A stretch of DNA of 64,000 bases from Acidimicrobiales bacterium (GTDB lineage: Bacteria; Patescibacteriota; Minisyncoccia; Phycocordibacterales; UBA918), in NCBI GenBank assembly GCA_047638595.1, contig JBLIMJ010000003.1:11710-75709 (forward strand), written 5' to 3'. How positions within the stretch are numbered: position 1 is the stretch's first letter; each line of letters begins with the position of its first letter. The notes under the pieces were generated by a model. The model made no database searches, was not told the DNA's origin, and was given only the letters and a program-made list of their open reading frames with translations. Positions 37,111-49,074 of this stretch are shown piece after piece. Made by a program: the position numbers and the translations under genes.

Positions 37111-37659
37111 TCAGAGAGAGATTGGACATGCATCATAGCGACTATCGCAACGGCAACGGTACGGGGTACCTTGCACAACGATAAGTAGCCAATTATTGCA
37201 GCCATAAGGTCGTTCGATTTGGTAGAATGCACGATCAGCCTGGAAGTTAAACTGCCAGATGTCAGTACGTTTCTGATCTGCACGCCAATTCGAGGAAAAT
37301 GGTCGAACGTTAGTTGCAACCCAAGGTTTTGAATTGGGATTTGCTCCACCTGAAACCATCGCGTTATAGATCGTGCTTGAACGAACTTCACCAGTTGTGT
37401 GAGGAGTATTGTACACCCCAGGCGACCGCTGGATCGTACGGCGGATCTTACGGCGATATTTTTGTGGAATTCCCATCAGCTCAAGAGCCACGGAAATATC
37501 CTGGTTACCAAATGGATCAACGCCGATACGATGCCAATGAAAGGCATTTCCGACAATCTTCCCATTTGTATGAACTGCAGATGCTGCAAAACTCGGACGG
37601 GCAGCCAACATGACCAACCCTCCAAAAATCGCTGTCCTGCGAGTGATTGTGCAAGTCAT
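37111..37659 (-). CDS. Secreted protein with twin-arginine-like signal peptide (183 aa)
   Basis: Start at ATG 37659 with AGGAAAGGAAAG upstream. 'MTCTITRRTAIFGGLVMLAARPSFAASA'. Cys-rich C-terminus. Confidence 0.6.
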   Translation of the reverse strand: MTCTITRRTAIFGGLVMLAARPSFAASAVHTNGKIVGNAFHWHRIGVDPFGNQDISVALELMGIPQKYRRKIRRTIQRSPGVYNTPHTTGEVRSSTIYNAMVSGGANPNSKPWVATNVRPFSSNWRADQKRTDIWQFNFQADRAFYQIERPYGCNNWLLIVVQGTPYRCRCDSRYDACPISL

Positions 37660-37675
37660 GATGACTTTCCTTTCC

Positions 37676-38254
37676 TTATTTTGGAAGCAAGCGGAGCGGA
37701 AAACCGAAGCCTTCGCGCCAGTCCCGCCCATTCACAAAACTGTTAAAGCTTTCTGGTGAACAGCGACGCTCTTCACCAGTCGGCAAATTCGTAACGATCT
37801 TTCCAACGACCATAGTATAGTCGTTAATTTCGACACAAAGGTTAACTGCATCGCGTGCCGCATTACGCGGAACTGTGATACGAACCATGCCACTTTGAGC
37901 GACACCGGACGATGTCCAGATACGTCCCTCACGTTTCCAGACAGTTCCGTCAGGCATACGCACGTTGTTAGTGCCAGACCATTCACTTCCTTCGGTGAAT
38001 ACCATTCGGTATTCATAATCGAAACCAGTGATAGTTTGACCGTCACGCTCAAGTCGATTGATGTTTTTGAACATCCAGATAATCTGATCAGTACGAGACC
38101 GACCGTTAGTACGCTGGATGATCTTTGGATCAGATGCGTCTACCGCAATGTGACCAATTTCCATGATCTGCCGTCCAAAGTCCTGTGCCATTACTGGCAA
38201 CGAACCAGCAAACAACAGACCGAAAATAAGGATAGTTTTAAAGATGCTGTTCAT
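37676..38254 (-). CDS. Sec-secreted hypothetical protein (193 aa)
   Basis: Start at ATG 38254 with AAGGAG 6 nt upstream. Signal peptide 'MNSIFKTILIFGLLFAGSLPVMAQ'. Confidence 0.65.
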   Translation of the reverse strand: MNSIFKTILIFGLLFAGSLPVMAQDFGRQIMEIGHIAVDASDPKIIQRTNGRSRTDQIIWMFKNINRLERDGQTITGFDYEYRMVFTEGSEWSGTNNVRMPDGTVWKREGRIWTSSGVAQSGMVRITVPRNAARDAVNLCVEINDYTMVVGKIVTNLPTGEERRCSPESFNSFVNGRDWREGFGFPLRLLPK

Positions 38255-38503
38255 AGCCATCTCCTTTTCTGAAGTCCGATAATTCGGACAGGTTTCAAAG
38301 TACGCTCCACCGAAGCGCTTACTAATACATCTGTAGATGCACAAGTAAACGTTCCGCGAGCTTGGTGCAAGGAAATCGTTCGATTTGCATCGAAATTTCT
38401 TAACACTAAGCTCACTACTTTAACCTGGGTCTAAACCTAGGGAAAATAAATGAATCTGGAGAGAACGTGTGGGTTACGAAACTCAATGAACTTTAACACC
38501 TGT

Positions 38504-38532
38504 AGTATAGCAAATATATTGACATTTGTCAA
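38504..38532 (-). promoter_or_regulatory. Sigma-70-type promoter (TTGACA-17-TATACT) overlapping the palindrome TTGACAAATGTCAA
   Basis: On the minus strand: -35 at 38532-38527, -10 at 38509-38504. Implies a ~240-nt leader for the secreted-protein operon. Confidence 0.5.
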
Positions 38533-38593
38533 TAGCATGGTGTTATACTCTAATACTACCTAAATTCACAAAACACCCTTATCTATAAGGGTA

Positions 38594-39265
38594 TTATATT
38601 GAATATGAGCCAATAAGTACTGATTCGACCATAAATCGGTCATCTTTAGTACCAAAACTGTTGCAAGTGGCCAATGTGAGCTTCGCTTCCCCAGGTGTTT
38701 CAGGGACAAAAACCTCCGTAGCCTTTGCTTTATATACCTTTTTTACCTGATAGACATACTCCATACCATCAGACTGGAGACGGATTTTATCTCCCCATTT
38801 CAGGTCTTGGATACCATTAAATGCTTGAAAATTCTTGTTAAATACATTCGGTAGATAACTCGAATGACCTAAAATAAAGATATTTCCATCAGCTTGAAAG
38901 TCAGCTGAATCGGGGTGTCGAACTGCTCCTGTAAGTAGAGATGCATCAAGATCTGCAATTGTGTGTGATTCTGGGTTGTTTACTTTCACTTCCTTATTAA
39001 GGGTGTCAAAAATAATCTTTAACGGTAATGGAGAGTCTACCTTTGGCACTACTACTAGTTGAGCTACTTCTTCCTGTGTCACAACTTCTTCGACCACAAC
39101 AGATTCCTCAGCTACATCTCGTTCTTTAATAGGTTCAGGGATGAAATCTACGATAAATAAAATTGAGTATGAGAGTAGAATTACAGCAAAAAATACTGTC
39201 AGGAAAGCAACTTTCCGTGCGTACAGTCGTCGATACAGCTCGTTAAGTGATGTTGCTAGTTTCAT
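38594..39265 (-). CDS. Sortase-family transpeptidase
   Basis: N-terminal TM. 'FILGHSS' (His), 'LTLATC' (TLxTC catalytic Cys) and downstream Arg. Start at ATG 39265. Confidence 0.8.
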   Translation of the reverse strand: MKLATSLNELYRRLYARKVAFLTVFFAVILLSYSILFIVDFIPEPIKERDVAEESVVVEEVVTQEEVAQLVVVPKVDSPLPLKIIFDTLNKEVKVNNPESHTIADLDASLLTGAVRHPDSADFQADGNIFILGHSSYLPNVFNKNFQAFNGIQDLKWGDKIRLQSDGMEYVYQVKKVYKAKATEVFVPETPGEAKLTLATCNSFGTKDDRFMVESVLIGSYSI

Positions 39266-39509
39266 ACGTATATATATGATTAAATAAGATTGGACAGAAT
39301 AATACACCATTATCTATATTTGTCAAGGCTATGTATTGACAATTTAATTTAACTGTGATATTGTTTGTCTGTACTGTCCCCCTCTTAAAGGATAAAAGTT
39401 CTCTCAGATATACTGCTCTTCCCTCTCTTTCTTTGTTATAGAGAGTGTTTTGCTGATAGTATGTATGAATTCGACTTTGGGTACACTTTAACTATTTTAT
39501 ACATATTTT

Positions 39510-40553
39510 ATGAACCAGGTTACACAAGAACAAAAAGACTCTGTAACAAAAACATTTGCTATTGTTGGCTTTATTGCTGCAATTCTTTTTGCAGTATGGC
39601 TTGCTGTACAAATTGTAAGTGTTATTCCTTCAGCATTTAGTTCACTTGCATCAATTGCAGATGGTGTCTACAACTACAATGAAGATCAATCACTTATTGT
39701 TGCTACACAAAACAGTATTATAAATACTGGTGAATCATTTACACTCTCATGGACAGAAATGAATCGTTCCGGAGCGTATGCATTTTCATACGCATGCGCC
39801 GAAGGTGTTTCAATTGAAATTCGCGACGCTCAAAACAATATTGGAGCATTAGACTGCAACACACCATTGTCTCTTGGTATTGTGACTTCACTTGATTTAG
39901 TGGTTGCGTCAGAAAAGCAACGATTTACTGATGTTACCTATACCGTGACTTACACACCTAGCGTAAAGTCAGCAAAAGAAATTGCTACAAGCGCAAAGGT
40001 GACTATTGTGAATATACACATTCCAACTGGTGCAGTTCTTGTAGAAGAAGCAACTACTATAGAACCTGAAGAAGGAAACGTAGTTATAAACGAAATTACT
40101 CCAAAGCCACCTACTACAAACCCTGGCACTGGGTTAGTGGCTGGTACACCAACTACTATCGAAGAAATCATTTACGCAATTCCTACTTCTGATCCAAACG
40201 GAAAAATTGATATGCAAGTGACTTTCCTTGGTATTGGAAAACTTTCTGGAAAAACTTTTGTTCGTACTGCTACCCTCGACAAAGACGAAAACGGAGCATT
40301 CCAATTTGAAGTAAAAAATGTTGGTACAAAAACTGCAGACTCATGGAGTTATGAAGCGAATCTGCCATCAGGTATTGAATACAATGCTGGATCACAGAAG
40401 GCGCTTAAGCCTAATGAGAAAGCGATTATCACCATTGGTTTTGAGGGACTGACTCAAGTCGGTACTGAAAAAATTGGTGCTACAGTTACAGCTAAAAATG
40501 ACGTGAACAAAAGGAATAACAGCTTTACCTGGTCTGTTAAAGTAGTTGAGTAA
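39510..40553 (+). CDS. Membrane-anchored extracellular protein (347 aa), unknown function
   Basis: N-terminal TM 'FAIVGFIAAILFAVWLAVQIVSVIP'. Thr/Val-rich beta-type ectodomain. Confidence 0.7.
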   Translation: MNQVTQEQKDSVTKTFAIVGFIAAILFAVWLAVQIVSVIPSAFSSLASIADGVYNYNEDQSLIVATQNSIINTGESFTLSWTEMNRSGAYAFSYACAEGVSIEIRDAQNNIGALDCNTPLSLGIVTSLDLVVASEKQRFTDVTYTVTYTPSVKSAKEIATSAKVTIVNIHIPTGAVLVEEATTIEPEEGNVVINEITPKPPTTNPGTGLVAGTPTTIEEIIYAIPTSDPNGKIDMQVTFLGIGKLSGKTFVRTATLDKDENGAFQFEVKNVGTKTADSWSYEANLPSGIEYNAGSQKALKPNEKAIITIGFEGLTQVGTEKIGATVTAKNDVNKRNNSFTWSVKVVE

Positions 40554-40584
40554 TACCAATACTCCAGATTCTCTAGAATCCAAC

Positions 40585-40620
40585 AAAAACAGGCACGTCC
40601 CTAGGGACGTGCCTGTTTTT
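40585..40620. terminator. Bidirectional intrinsic terminator
   Basis: AAAAACAGGCACGTCCC-TA-GGGACGTGCCTGTTTTT. Confidence 0.8.
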
Positions 40621-40660
40621 ATGTTTCCTATTTTAGAATTATCTATCTCTATCTAAAACT

Positions 40661-40705
40661 TGAGTTTGGAATGGAATGCGAGACATGTGAAGAAAATTCT
40701 TGCTA
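40661..40705 (-). repeat. Partial (5'-part) copy of the 3'UTR repeat
   Basis: TGGAATGGAATGCGAGACATGTGAAGAAAATTCTTGC resembles GGAATGAAATGCGAGGCGCAGGAGTAAAATAATTTG. Confidence 0.5.
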
Positions 40706-40716
40706 GATGTCGATTT

Positions 40717-42909
<2,193 letters not shown>

Positions 42910-43205
42910 TTAGTAATATAAATCAATAATAAGCTCTGTTCAGCGATTTGCCCAAGGGCAGAACAAATCGGGAACTAAATTCAATATAGGCTTTTTTAAA
43001 GCCTTATTTCATTCAATTATAACATATTTTACCTCTTTTTAGTGGTTGATAATTCACGTTTTCATGGACCTAATTTGGGAGAAAGTGGTAAATTATCAGA
43101 ATCAAAAATTAAGTTATACACAGATACCCCTTGACCCTTGCTTTTATTCGGGTGTATGGTGTAAATAAGGTCATTCATTATCTCAAATCATGAAAGGAGC
43201 TCGAT

Positions 43206-43415
43206 ATGACTGAGAAAACCGCAGAAAAATACCCTTGGTTGCAGCCAGACTTTGACGAAAAGGCTGAAGCTGCAAAAGCAAGGGAATGTGCTAATACAAA
43301 ACGTGTACCTGTGCTTTCATGGCTTGGGATTCCGACACTTCATGATTCTGGTTGGGCAGAATATCTCATTTTTGCTAAAAAGCACTATAACCCACCAAAT
43401 CGTATGGCACAGTAA
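43206..43415 (+). CDS. Hypothetical small protein (69 aa)
   Basis: GAAAGGAG SD 7 nt upstream of the ATG. Confidence 0.5.
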   Translation: MTEKTAEKYPWLQPDFDEKAEAAKARECANTKRVPVLSWLGIPTLHDSGWAEYLIFAKKHYNPPNRMAQ

Positions 43416-43569
43416 CCACACTAATGTAACTGACGTAGTGGGTTTTCATCCTCAGAAAGCCCACTCGTCACCATTACAACGTAGAGCATTGTAATAGAAT
43501 GAAATACCTTCTCGAATGAGAGGTTTTATTTTATATTATTTCTTAAATGTTGTTTAGCGAGTCTGCTGA

Positions 43570-45504
43570 TTATCGAGTTTCCCAATCTTGTTCTGTAGCC
43601 GCTTTGTACACTTTATCCATTTCAGTATTCACTTCATCATCAGTGAGTGTTCGATCCATTGCTTGAAATACCAAACGAAATGCAAGTGACGTCCTTCCCT
43701 CTTTACTAAATTCATCAACATGTGTCGTACGTATTCGCAAGTCCCCTGCTGATTCATTGAGCACCTTTTCCACATCTTCCTTCGAAGTTCCTTCTGGAAC
43801 CCACATTGCAATATCACGAGTCATAGCTGGATACAGAGAAAAAGGTTTATACGCAATCTCTTCTGCAACAGAAACAGTTTCGTACGCAGCTGGCGCAGGA
43901 AGAGATTCAAATACTTCAGTGAAGTTACATTCAAACACCCCCTTCTCAATACTACGGTTAACCGTAGTATTGAGCTTTGATTCGATTACTCCCAACACTT
44001 CTTCAAGTACTGCCTCATCTTTTGGGTTGTAGCCACTTGCTTTGGTTCGTACGCCAAGTGCCAGAGATACATGTTCTGCAATGCCACCTTCTGTTTTATG
44101 AAAAACTGTTCCAATTTCAAATACACGAATATCTTCGATGCCGAGCAAGTCGGTAAATCCTGCATTTTTATCTAGAACGTCCACAATCCCCTTTGCCAGG
44201 TTGGAGCGCATGTATTCTTTATCACTTGCAAGCGCATTTTGTAGTCGTATTTTATCTTTCTTCCTAAAGGATGAGATGATGACCTCAGAGAAACCTAACC
44301 CGACCAAAACATCACGAACTTGTTCGCTGTAGGAGTGTCGTGCATTAAGCTCCGTAAGGGCCACCGTCTCTGGCACAACTGACTCAATCTTATCTAGGCC
44401 GTATACTCGTCCAATTTCTTCAGTAAAGTCCTCCTCGATTGATAGGTCAGTTCGCTCCCATGGACCAACACATTCAAAGTGGTCCCCCGCTTTTTCTACA
44501 GTAGCTCCCATACGCGTAAGGATTGATTCCATCTCATCCTCTGACAGAGACAGTCCCAGTAACGCATTTACCTTTTCAGGTCGTACGCTCACTTTTGTAT
44601 TTTCTTTTTTCTCTAGATAGACATCAAGCACTCCCTGTCCTGCTCCTCCAGCAATATCGGCAATCAGTGCAGTAACTTCTTGTTGTGCGCAGAGTGGCAA
44701 CTCTCGTGAACATTCATTTTCAAAACGTTTTGAAGCGTCAATGACAATACCAAGTCGCCGTGCTGTCTTACGTGTAAGCGTAGCGTCAAAGTGTGCACAC
44801 TCGATAATTATCTTCGTAGTATTTTCATCCACTCCTGCAAATCGTCCGCCCTTTACTCCTGCTAGACCAATTGGAGTGTTTGACGATTTATCAATAATCA
44901 AAAGTTCGGTACCTTTCAGAACTACATCACGGTCTTCATCCTTCCCGCCTTCAGCAATCAAACTCACTACCTCTCCTTCCTTTGCATACCGTACAGCAAA
45001 TTGCCACTTTCCATCTACTTGTGGGAATTTATCAGCATCATACGCATGGATTGGTTGCCCAATGGCATACATGACGTAGTTGGTTGCATCAACAATATTA
45101 TTGATTGGTCGCTGACCGAGGGCCTGCAGTCGGTCCTGTAGCCACCGTGGTGAATCTTTCACCTCAATGCCCGTCATCAATGACGCAGTAAATCGTGGAC
45201 ACGCTTTTTCATCTTCTATATCAACCGTAATAACGTCAGTCTCTTGTGGAGTAATTTCTTTCTGAAGTGGATCGTTTACTAAAGGTACTCCTGTAATAGT
45301 TGCGATTTCACGCGCAATGCCTCGATGGCACAAGCAGTCTGACGAACGGTTTGGCAACACATCCACATCAATCACTTCGTGCCCTGCGACTGTTTCAATT
45401 CCTTCGATCTCAAAAGAATGGAATGTCAAAAGCTTCTCAATCTCTTGCGCAGAAGGAATGGAGTCACCAATATAATCTTTAAGCCAATTGTGTACTACTA
45501 ACAT
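43570..45504 (-). CDS. pheT: Phenylalanyl-tRNA synthetase beta subunit (short form)
   Basis: B3/B4, B5 and class-II-like core blocks. Immediately downstream of pheS. Confidence 0.9.
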   Translation of the reverse strand: MLVVHNWLKDYIGDSIPSAQEIEKLLTFHSFEIEGIETVAGHEVIDVDVLPNRSSDCLCHRGIAREIATITGVPLVNDPLQKEITPQETDVITVDIEDEKACPRFTASLMTGIEVKDSPRWLQDRLQALGQRPINNIVDATNYVMYAIGQPIHAYDADKFPQVDGKWQFAVRYAKEGEVVSLIAEGGKDEDRDVVLKGTELLIIDKSSNTPIGLAGVKGGRFAGVDENTTKIIIECAHFDATLTRKTARRLGIVIDASKRFENECSRELPLCAQQEVTALIADIAGGAGQGVLDVYLEKKENTKVSVRPEKVNALLGLSLSEDEMESILTRMGATVEKAGDHFECVGPWERTDLSIEEDFTEEIGRVYGLDKIESVVPETVALTELNARHSYSEQVRDVLVGLGFSEVIISSFRKKDKIRLQNALASDKEYMRSNLAKGIVDVLDKNAGFTDLLGIEDIRVFEIGTVFHKTEGGIAEHVSLALGVRTKASGYNPKDEAVLEEVLGVIESKLNTTVNRSIEKGVFECNFTEVFESLPAPAAYETVSVAEEIAYKPFSLYPAMTRDIAMWVPEGTSKEDVEKVLNESAGDLRIRTTHVDEFSKEGRTSLAFRLVFQAMDRTLTDDEVNTEMDKVYKAATEQDWETR

Positions 45505-45515
45505 AAAATATCTGA

Positions 45516-46232
45516 CTAAAACTGATTAATGAAACGAAGGTCTCCAGTGTACAAGTCACGCACATCATTGATTCCATACTTCATAACTGCCAAGCGATCA
45601 ATTCCCATGCCGAACGCAAATCCTGAATACACTTCTGGGTCAACTCCTGCATCTTTCAGAACATTTGGATGCACCATTCCTGCTCCCATAACTTCAATCC
45701 ATTTATTGGCAAGCTTGCTATCGCTACCTTTAAGCATCATATCGATTTCTACACCCGGCTCCACAAACGGGAAAAAACTTGGTCGAAAACGAATCTCTGT
45801 TTTACCTCCAAAAAACTTAGAGAAGAAATACTCAATAGTCCCCTTCAAGTGTCCCATGTGTACTCCCTTATCTACATACAACCCTTCAAGCTGGTGAAAT
45901 TGCGCTTCATGCGTTGCATCGGTCGCTTCATTACGGAATACTTTCCCAGGAACAATAACTCGAACAGGCGGTTCATGTGACTCCATAAACCGTGTTTGCA
46001 CAGGTGAGGTATGAGTTCGTAACACTGTAGGCTCCGTGACATCCTCATTACGAAACCAGAATGTATCTTGCATATCTCGAGCAGGGTGATCTTTGGGTAC
46101 ATTAAGTTTATCGAAGTTATAGACCTCAGTCTCAGCCTCTGGGCCTTCAGCAAACACAAAGCCAATCTCAGAAAAAATACTGTTAATCTCAGATATCATT
46201 TGTGTTAATGGGTGTTGATGTCCTTTTTGCAT
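45516..46232 (-). CDS. pheS: Phenylalanyl-tRNA synthetase alpha subunit (short, no N-terminal coiled coil)
   Basis: 'HPARDMQDTFW' and 'FPFVEPG' class II motifs. Confidence 0.92.
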   Translation of the reverse strand: MQKGHQHPLTQMISEINSIFSEIGFVFAEGPEAETEVYNFDKLNVPKDHPARDMQDTFWFRNEDVTEPTVLRTHTSPVQTRFMESHEPPVRVIVPGKVFRNEATDATHEAQFHQLEGLYVDKGVHMGHLKGTIEYFFSKFFGGKTEIRFRPSFFPFVEPGVEIDMMLKGSDSKLANKWIEVMGAGMVHPNVLKDAGVDPEVYSGFAFGMGIDRLAVMKYGINDVRDLYTGDLRFINQF

Positions 46233-46274
46233 AGGTTCTTATAGTATCAAAAGTTTAATAATCGTGCAGGACTA

Positions 46275-47429
46275 CTATTGCTGAAGTTCAGTAAAGACTT
46301 CTACATAGTACTCATCATCTTTAATTAAGATTCGGCCTCCATCAAGTACTACCTGCAAATAATCTCCTGGGTAGAGTAATTGTACGTTTTGCCAAGAATG
46401 GTCATCTATTTCTACAACATACACTCCATCTTGTAATTGCATAAGTATGTGATCTCTACTCCCTGGAAGGAAATCGAACCACTGTACACTCTGCCACAAT
46501 CGGTCAATACGAATCTCTGTGCGACATATACGATCAGTTACATACAATGCATTGGAAAACTCACTGGTTGTTCCATATTCATTCAAAAGAGCATCGTAGA
46601 CATGTTGTCCATATAACGAAATAGTGCTTGAGGCCTCTTCATGATTTACACAGAAGTAATACGGGATATCATTATCTTTACCAGTCCACTGGGCATACAC
46701 ATCACCTTCCTTTTCAGATAATTGGACATCGCGCCACAATTTTGTTGTTGTTGCAGATATCGTTGAAGTTGTGGTTGGTGTCACGGGACCAAAGGTAAAA
46801 CGGTTTTCTTCTATCAATTCTTGTTGGCGTTTGAGTAATAACTTTTCTTCTGAGGATGATGCAAAAAGTGTTTCAATATATACAAACTCAGGATTCAGTT
46901 CGTACGTTGTGGTAGCGGTTGTTGTTGCCTGAAAAATAATATTGGTTGTAGAGGCAAATATAAACTTCGTGGTTGTTGCTTCATCAAATAAAACAGTACT
47001 TCCCTCAAGAGTTTCATACTCAGTTACCAAACGTATTTGTGGGACAGTGGGCATATTAAAACTTTGTACTTCAGTCACAAAATGAGAGAAGACAGGGAGC
47101 TCTTTTATCCATGTTTGAAGACCAGCACTTTGTGTATGTACTTGGTGGATGTCTGCCTCTAGGTTTTGTATATATGCGGCGTTCTGGAAAATACGCATAT
47201 CTTCCACTGGTTCATCATCAATATACATTTCAATATCCTGAATCTCAGAGGTTACATACACACCACCGACACTTTTAATGTTGCTCACCTCTCCAGCAAA
47301 ATCAAAACGGTACCCTACAGCATAAAAAACAAGTAGCGGTACGGTCACACAAAAAACAAGTATCGAACATATAAATATGATTCGTCTTTGGAGGTGTGGA
47401 AGAGGTTTTACTTCAGGTGTTGGTGTCAT
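46275..47429 (-). CDS. Membrane-anchored hypothetical protein (384 aa), cotranscribed with the GT2 synthase
   Basis: N-terminal TM 'IIFICSILVFCVTVPLLVFYAVGY' then a large extracytoplasmic domain. 10-nt gap to the upstream gene. Confidence 0.65.
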   Translation of the reverse strand: MTPTPEVKPLPHLQRRIIFICSILVFCVTVPLLVFYAVGYRFDFAGEVSNIKSVGGVYVTSEIQDIEMYIDDEPVEDMRIFQNAAYIQNLEADIHQVHTQSAGLQTWIKELPVFSHFVTEVQSFNMPTVPQIRLVTEYETLEGSTVLFDEATTTKFIFASTTNIIFQATTTATTTYELNPEFVYIETLFASSSEEKLLLKRQQELIEENRFTFGPVTPTTTSTISATTTKLWRDVQLSEKEGDVYAQWTGKDNDIPYYFCVNHEEASSTISLYGQHVYDALLNEYGTTSEFSNALYVTDRICRTEIRIDRLWQSVQWFDFLPGSRDHILMQLQDGVYVVEIDDHSWQNVQLLYPGDYLQVVLDGGRILIKDDEYYVEVFTELQQ

Positions 47430-47438
47430 AATTATAAA

Positions 47439-48992
47439 TTATATGCGGGTCTTTGGTGTTACCCAAAAGCCCATATACCTTCCAAGCATTAGTCGGGTCT
47501 GAGAGTGTAGACCAGGAATCGCACTGAACACAATCATCGTTATCGGCACAAGAATCCACTGCAGCGCAAGAACAACATACTTCAGCCGGCTTTTTTCTTT
47601 AGGTCGTGGCGGAAGCATTGTAAGTGAAATAACTGATGAAATAACTAACCCAAACATTGCAAACATAAGAAGGTCGCGGACCATAATAGGAAGATTGTAT
47701 GACAATACGGTTTGGTGAAATTCTGGAGTTCCGAGGAAGATAGGTGCCCACCCGAGAATAAAGAGCATGATTGGATTAGTTACCAATGACCAATAACCTT
47801 CAGCTTGTTGTAGGCCAATAGTTATTCGACGACGTAATGGTATTTTTTTATTTTTAGTGAAGTGATACACAATGTAACAAAAATTCTCTACACCATATGT
47901 CCATCGTTGGTGCTGTCTATAAATGTTTTTAATAGTTTGCCAAAGAGTTGAGGCTGCATTGGCATCCATAGAAACTGGGTACGACAGAGGTACCGCACGA
48001 TAATCTCCGTCATTGGCCATAAGAAGATTCCAGAAAATACGCGAGTCTTCGTTAACCATATTGCTCTGCCAATATCCCACTTCGTACAGTGCCTGAAAAC
48101 TCACTGAGTGTGACGAGAAGGTCGCCATTCGCTCTGGACGTTCCTGCTGTATCATTTCCCAGAATGTACTGCTCATAGCAACCACACGAGCTACCGCTGG
48201 TGCTTCCCAAATGTTGTTATTGAAAATAGGTATTGGCTGGAAAGATGTCTTCAAGGGATGCTCCACAGTCATGAAGTGCCAAACTAAACAATTGAAATAA
48301 TCTGGATAGAGTACAGTGTCGATATCAAAAATCGAGACTAGTGTGTGGTTGTATCGAATACCGTGTGGGTCAAGAATTTTTACCCGAGCTTGTTCTGCTG
48401 CATACGTCGCGTTGGAACCTTTACCAGCCATTTCACCAGGAACATCTTTAGGGTGTGTAGTCACAAGGAATGAACCGAAGGTATCACCCCACTTATCCTT
48501 CATCGACTGAGCTACCTTTTGAGCAGATTCCCCTGCTCGTTCTTCCGCAGCAAGAACGATAATGATACTTTTTTTGTCATAACGGGTATCAGCAAGAGAC
48601 TGTATGGTTGCGTTAACAATATCTTCTGGCTCCTCAAAAAAAGGAAGAACGACCATTTGATACAGGTGACCAAATTCAAAACGTTCTATCATCTGAACCC
48701 AATCTAATGAAAGATGATGTCGAAGACGTTTCCAGTTGTAGCGTAAGTGGTATGAGAGAAATGCAGTTTTTAACACCCAGTAGATAGCAAAGCCAATAAT
48801 GAAGTATGCCGCAATGAACGGTGCATAGTTGGACATCCATAACACACCTAAGAGAGTTGTCCACGCAGCTGCGCCAGGAAGAATTTCTAGAAAACGATAA
48901 AAACGCCTGTCTTTCCCAGAAAGCTCAGGTGCGCGTCCCACTTTAAAGTCCGTACGTTGTGCATACGGTAGTAAATGCGATGATTCCTCCAT
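47439..48992 (-). CDS. Processive family-2 glycosyltransferase (cellulose/chitin-synthase-like, QxxRW motif), integral membrane
   Basis: 'QHQRWTYG' QxxRW motif, D/DxD region ('SIFDIDTVLYPDYF') and multiple TM helices at both ends. Confidence 0.75.
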   Translation of the reverse strand: MEESSHLLPYAQRTDFKVGRAPELSGKDRRFYRFLEILPGAAAWTTLLGVLWMSNYAPFIAAYFIIGFAIYWVLKTAFLSYHLRYNWKRLRHHLSLDWVQMIERFEFGHLYQMVVLPFFEEPEDIVNATIQSLADTRYDKKSIIIVLAAEERAGESAQKVAQSMKDKWGDTFGSFLVTTHPKDVPGEMAGKGSNATYAAEQARVKILDPHGIRYNHTLVSIFDIDTVLYPDYFNCLVWHFMTVEHPLKTSFQPIPIFNNNIWEAPAVARVVAMSSTFWEMIQQERPERMATFSSHSVSFQALYEVGYWQSNMVNEDSRIFWNLLMANDGDYRAVPLSYPVSMDANAASTLWQTIKNIYRQHQRWTYGVENFCYIVYHFTKNKKIPLRRRITIGLQQAEGYWSLVTNPIMLFILGWAPIFLGTPEFHQTVLSYNLPIMVRDLLMFAMFGLVISSVISLTMLPPRPKEKSRLKYVVLALQWILVPITMIVFSAIPGLHSQTRLMLGRYMGFWVTPKTRI

Positions 48993-49074
48993 ATTCGTAA
49001 TCGTGAGTATATACTTATTTTAGCTTAAAATAAAGCTTTTAAGGCGTTATTTGTGTGTTTTAAATTATCGAGTG

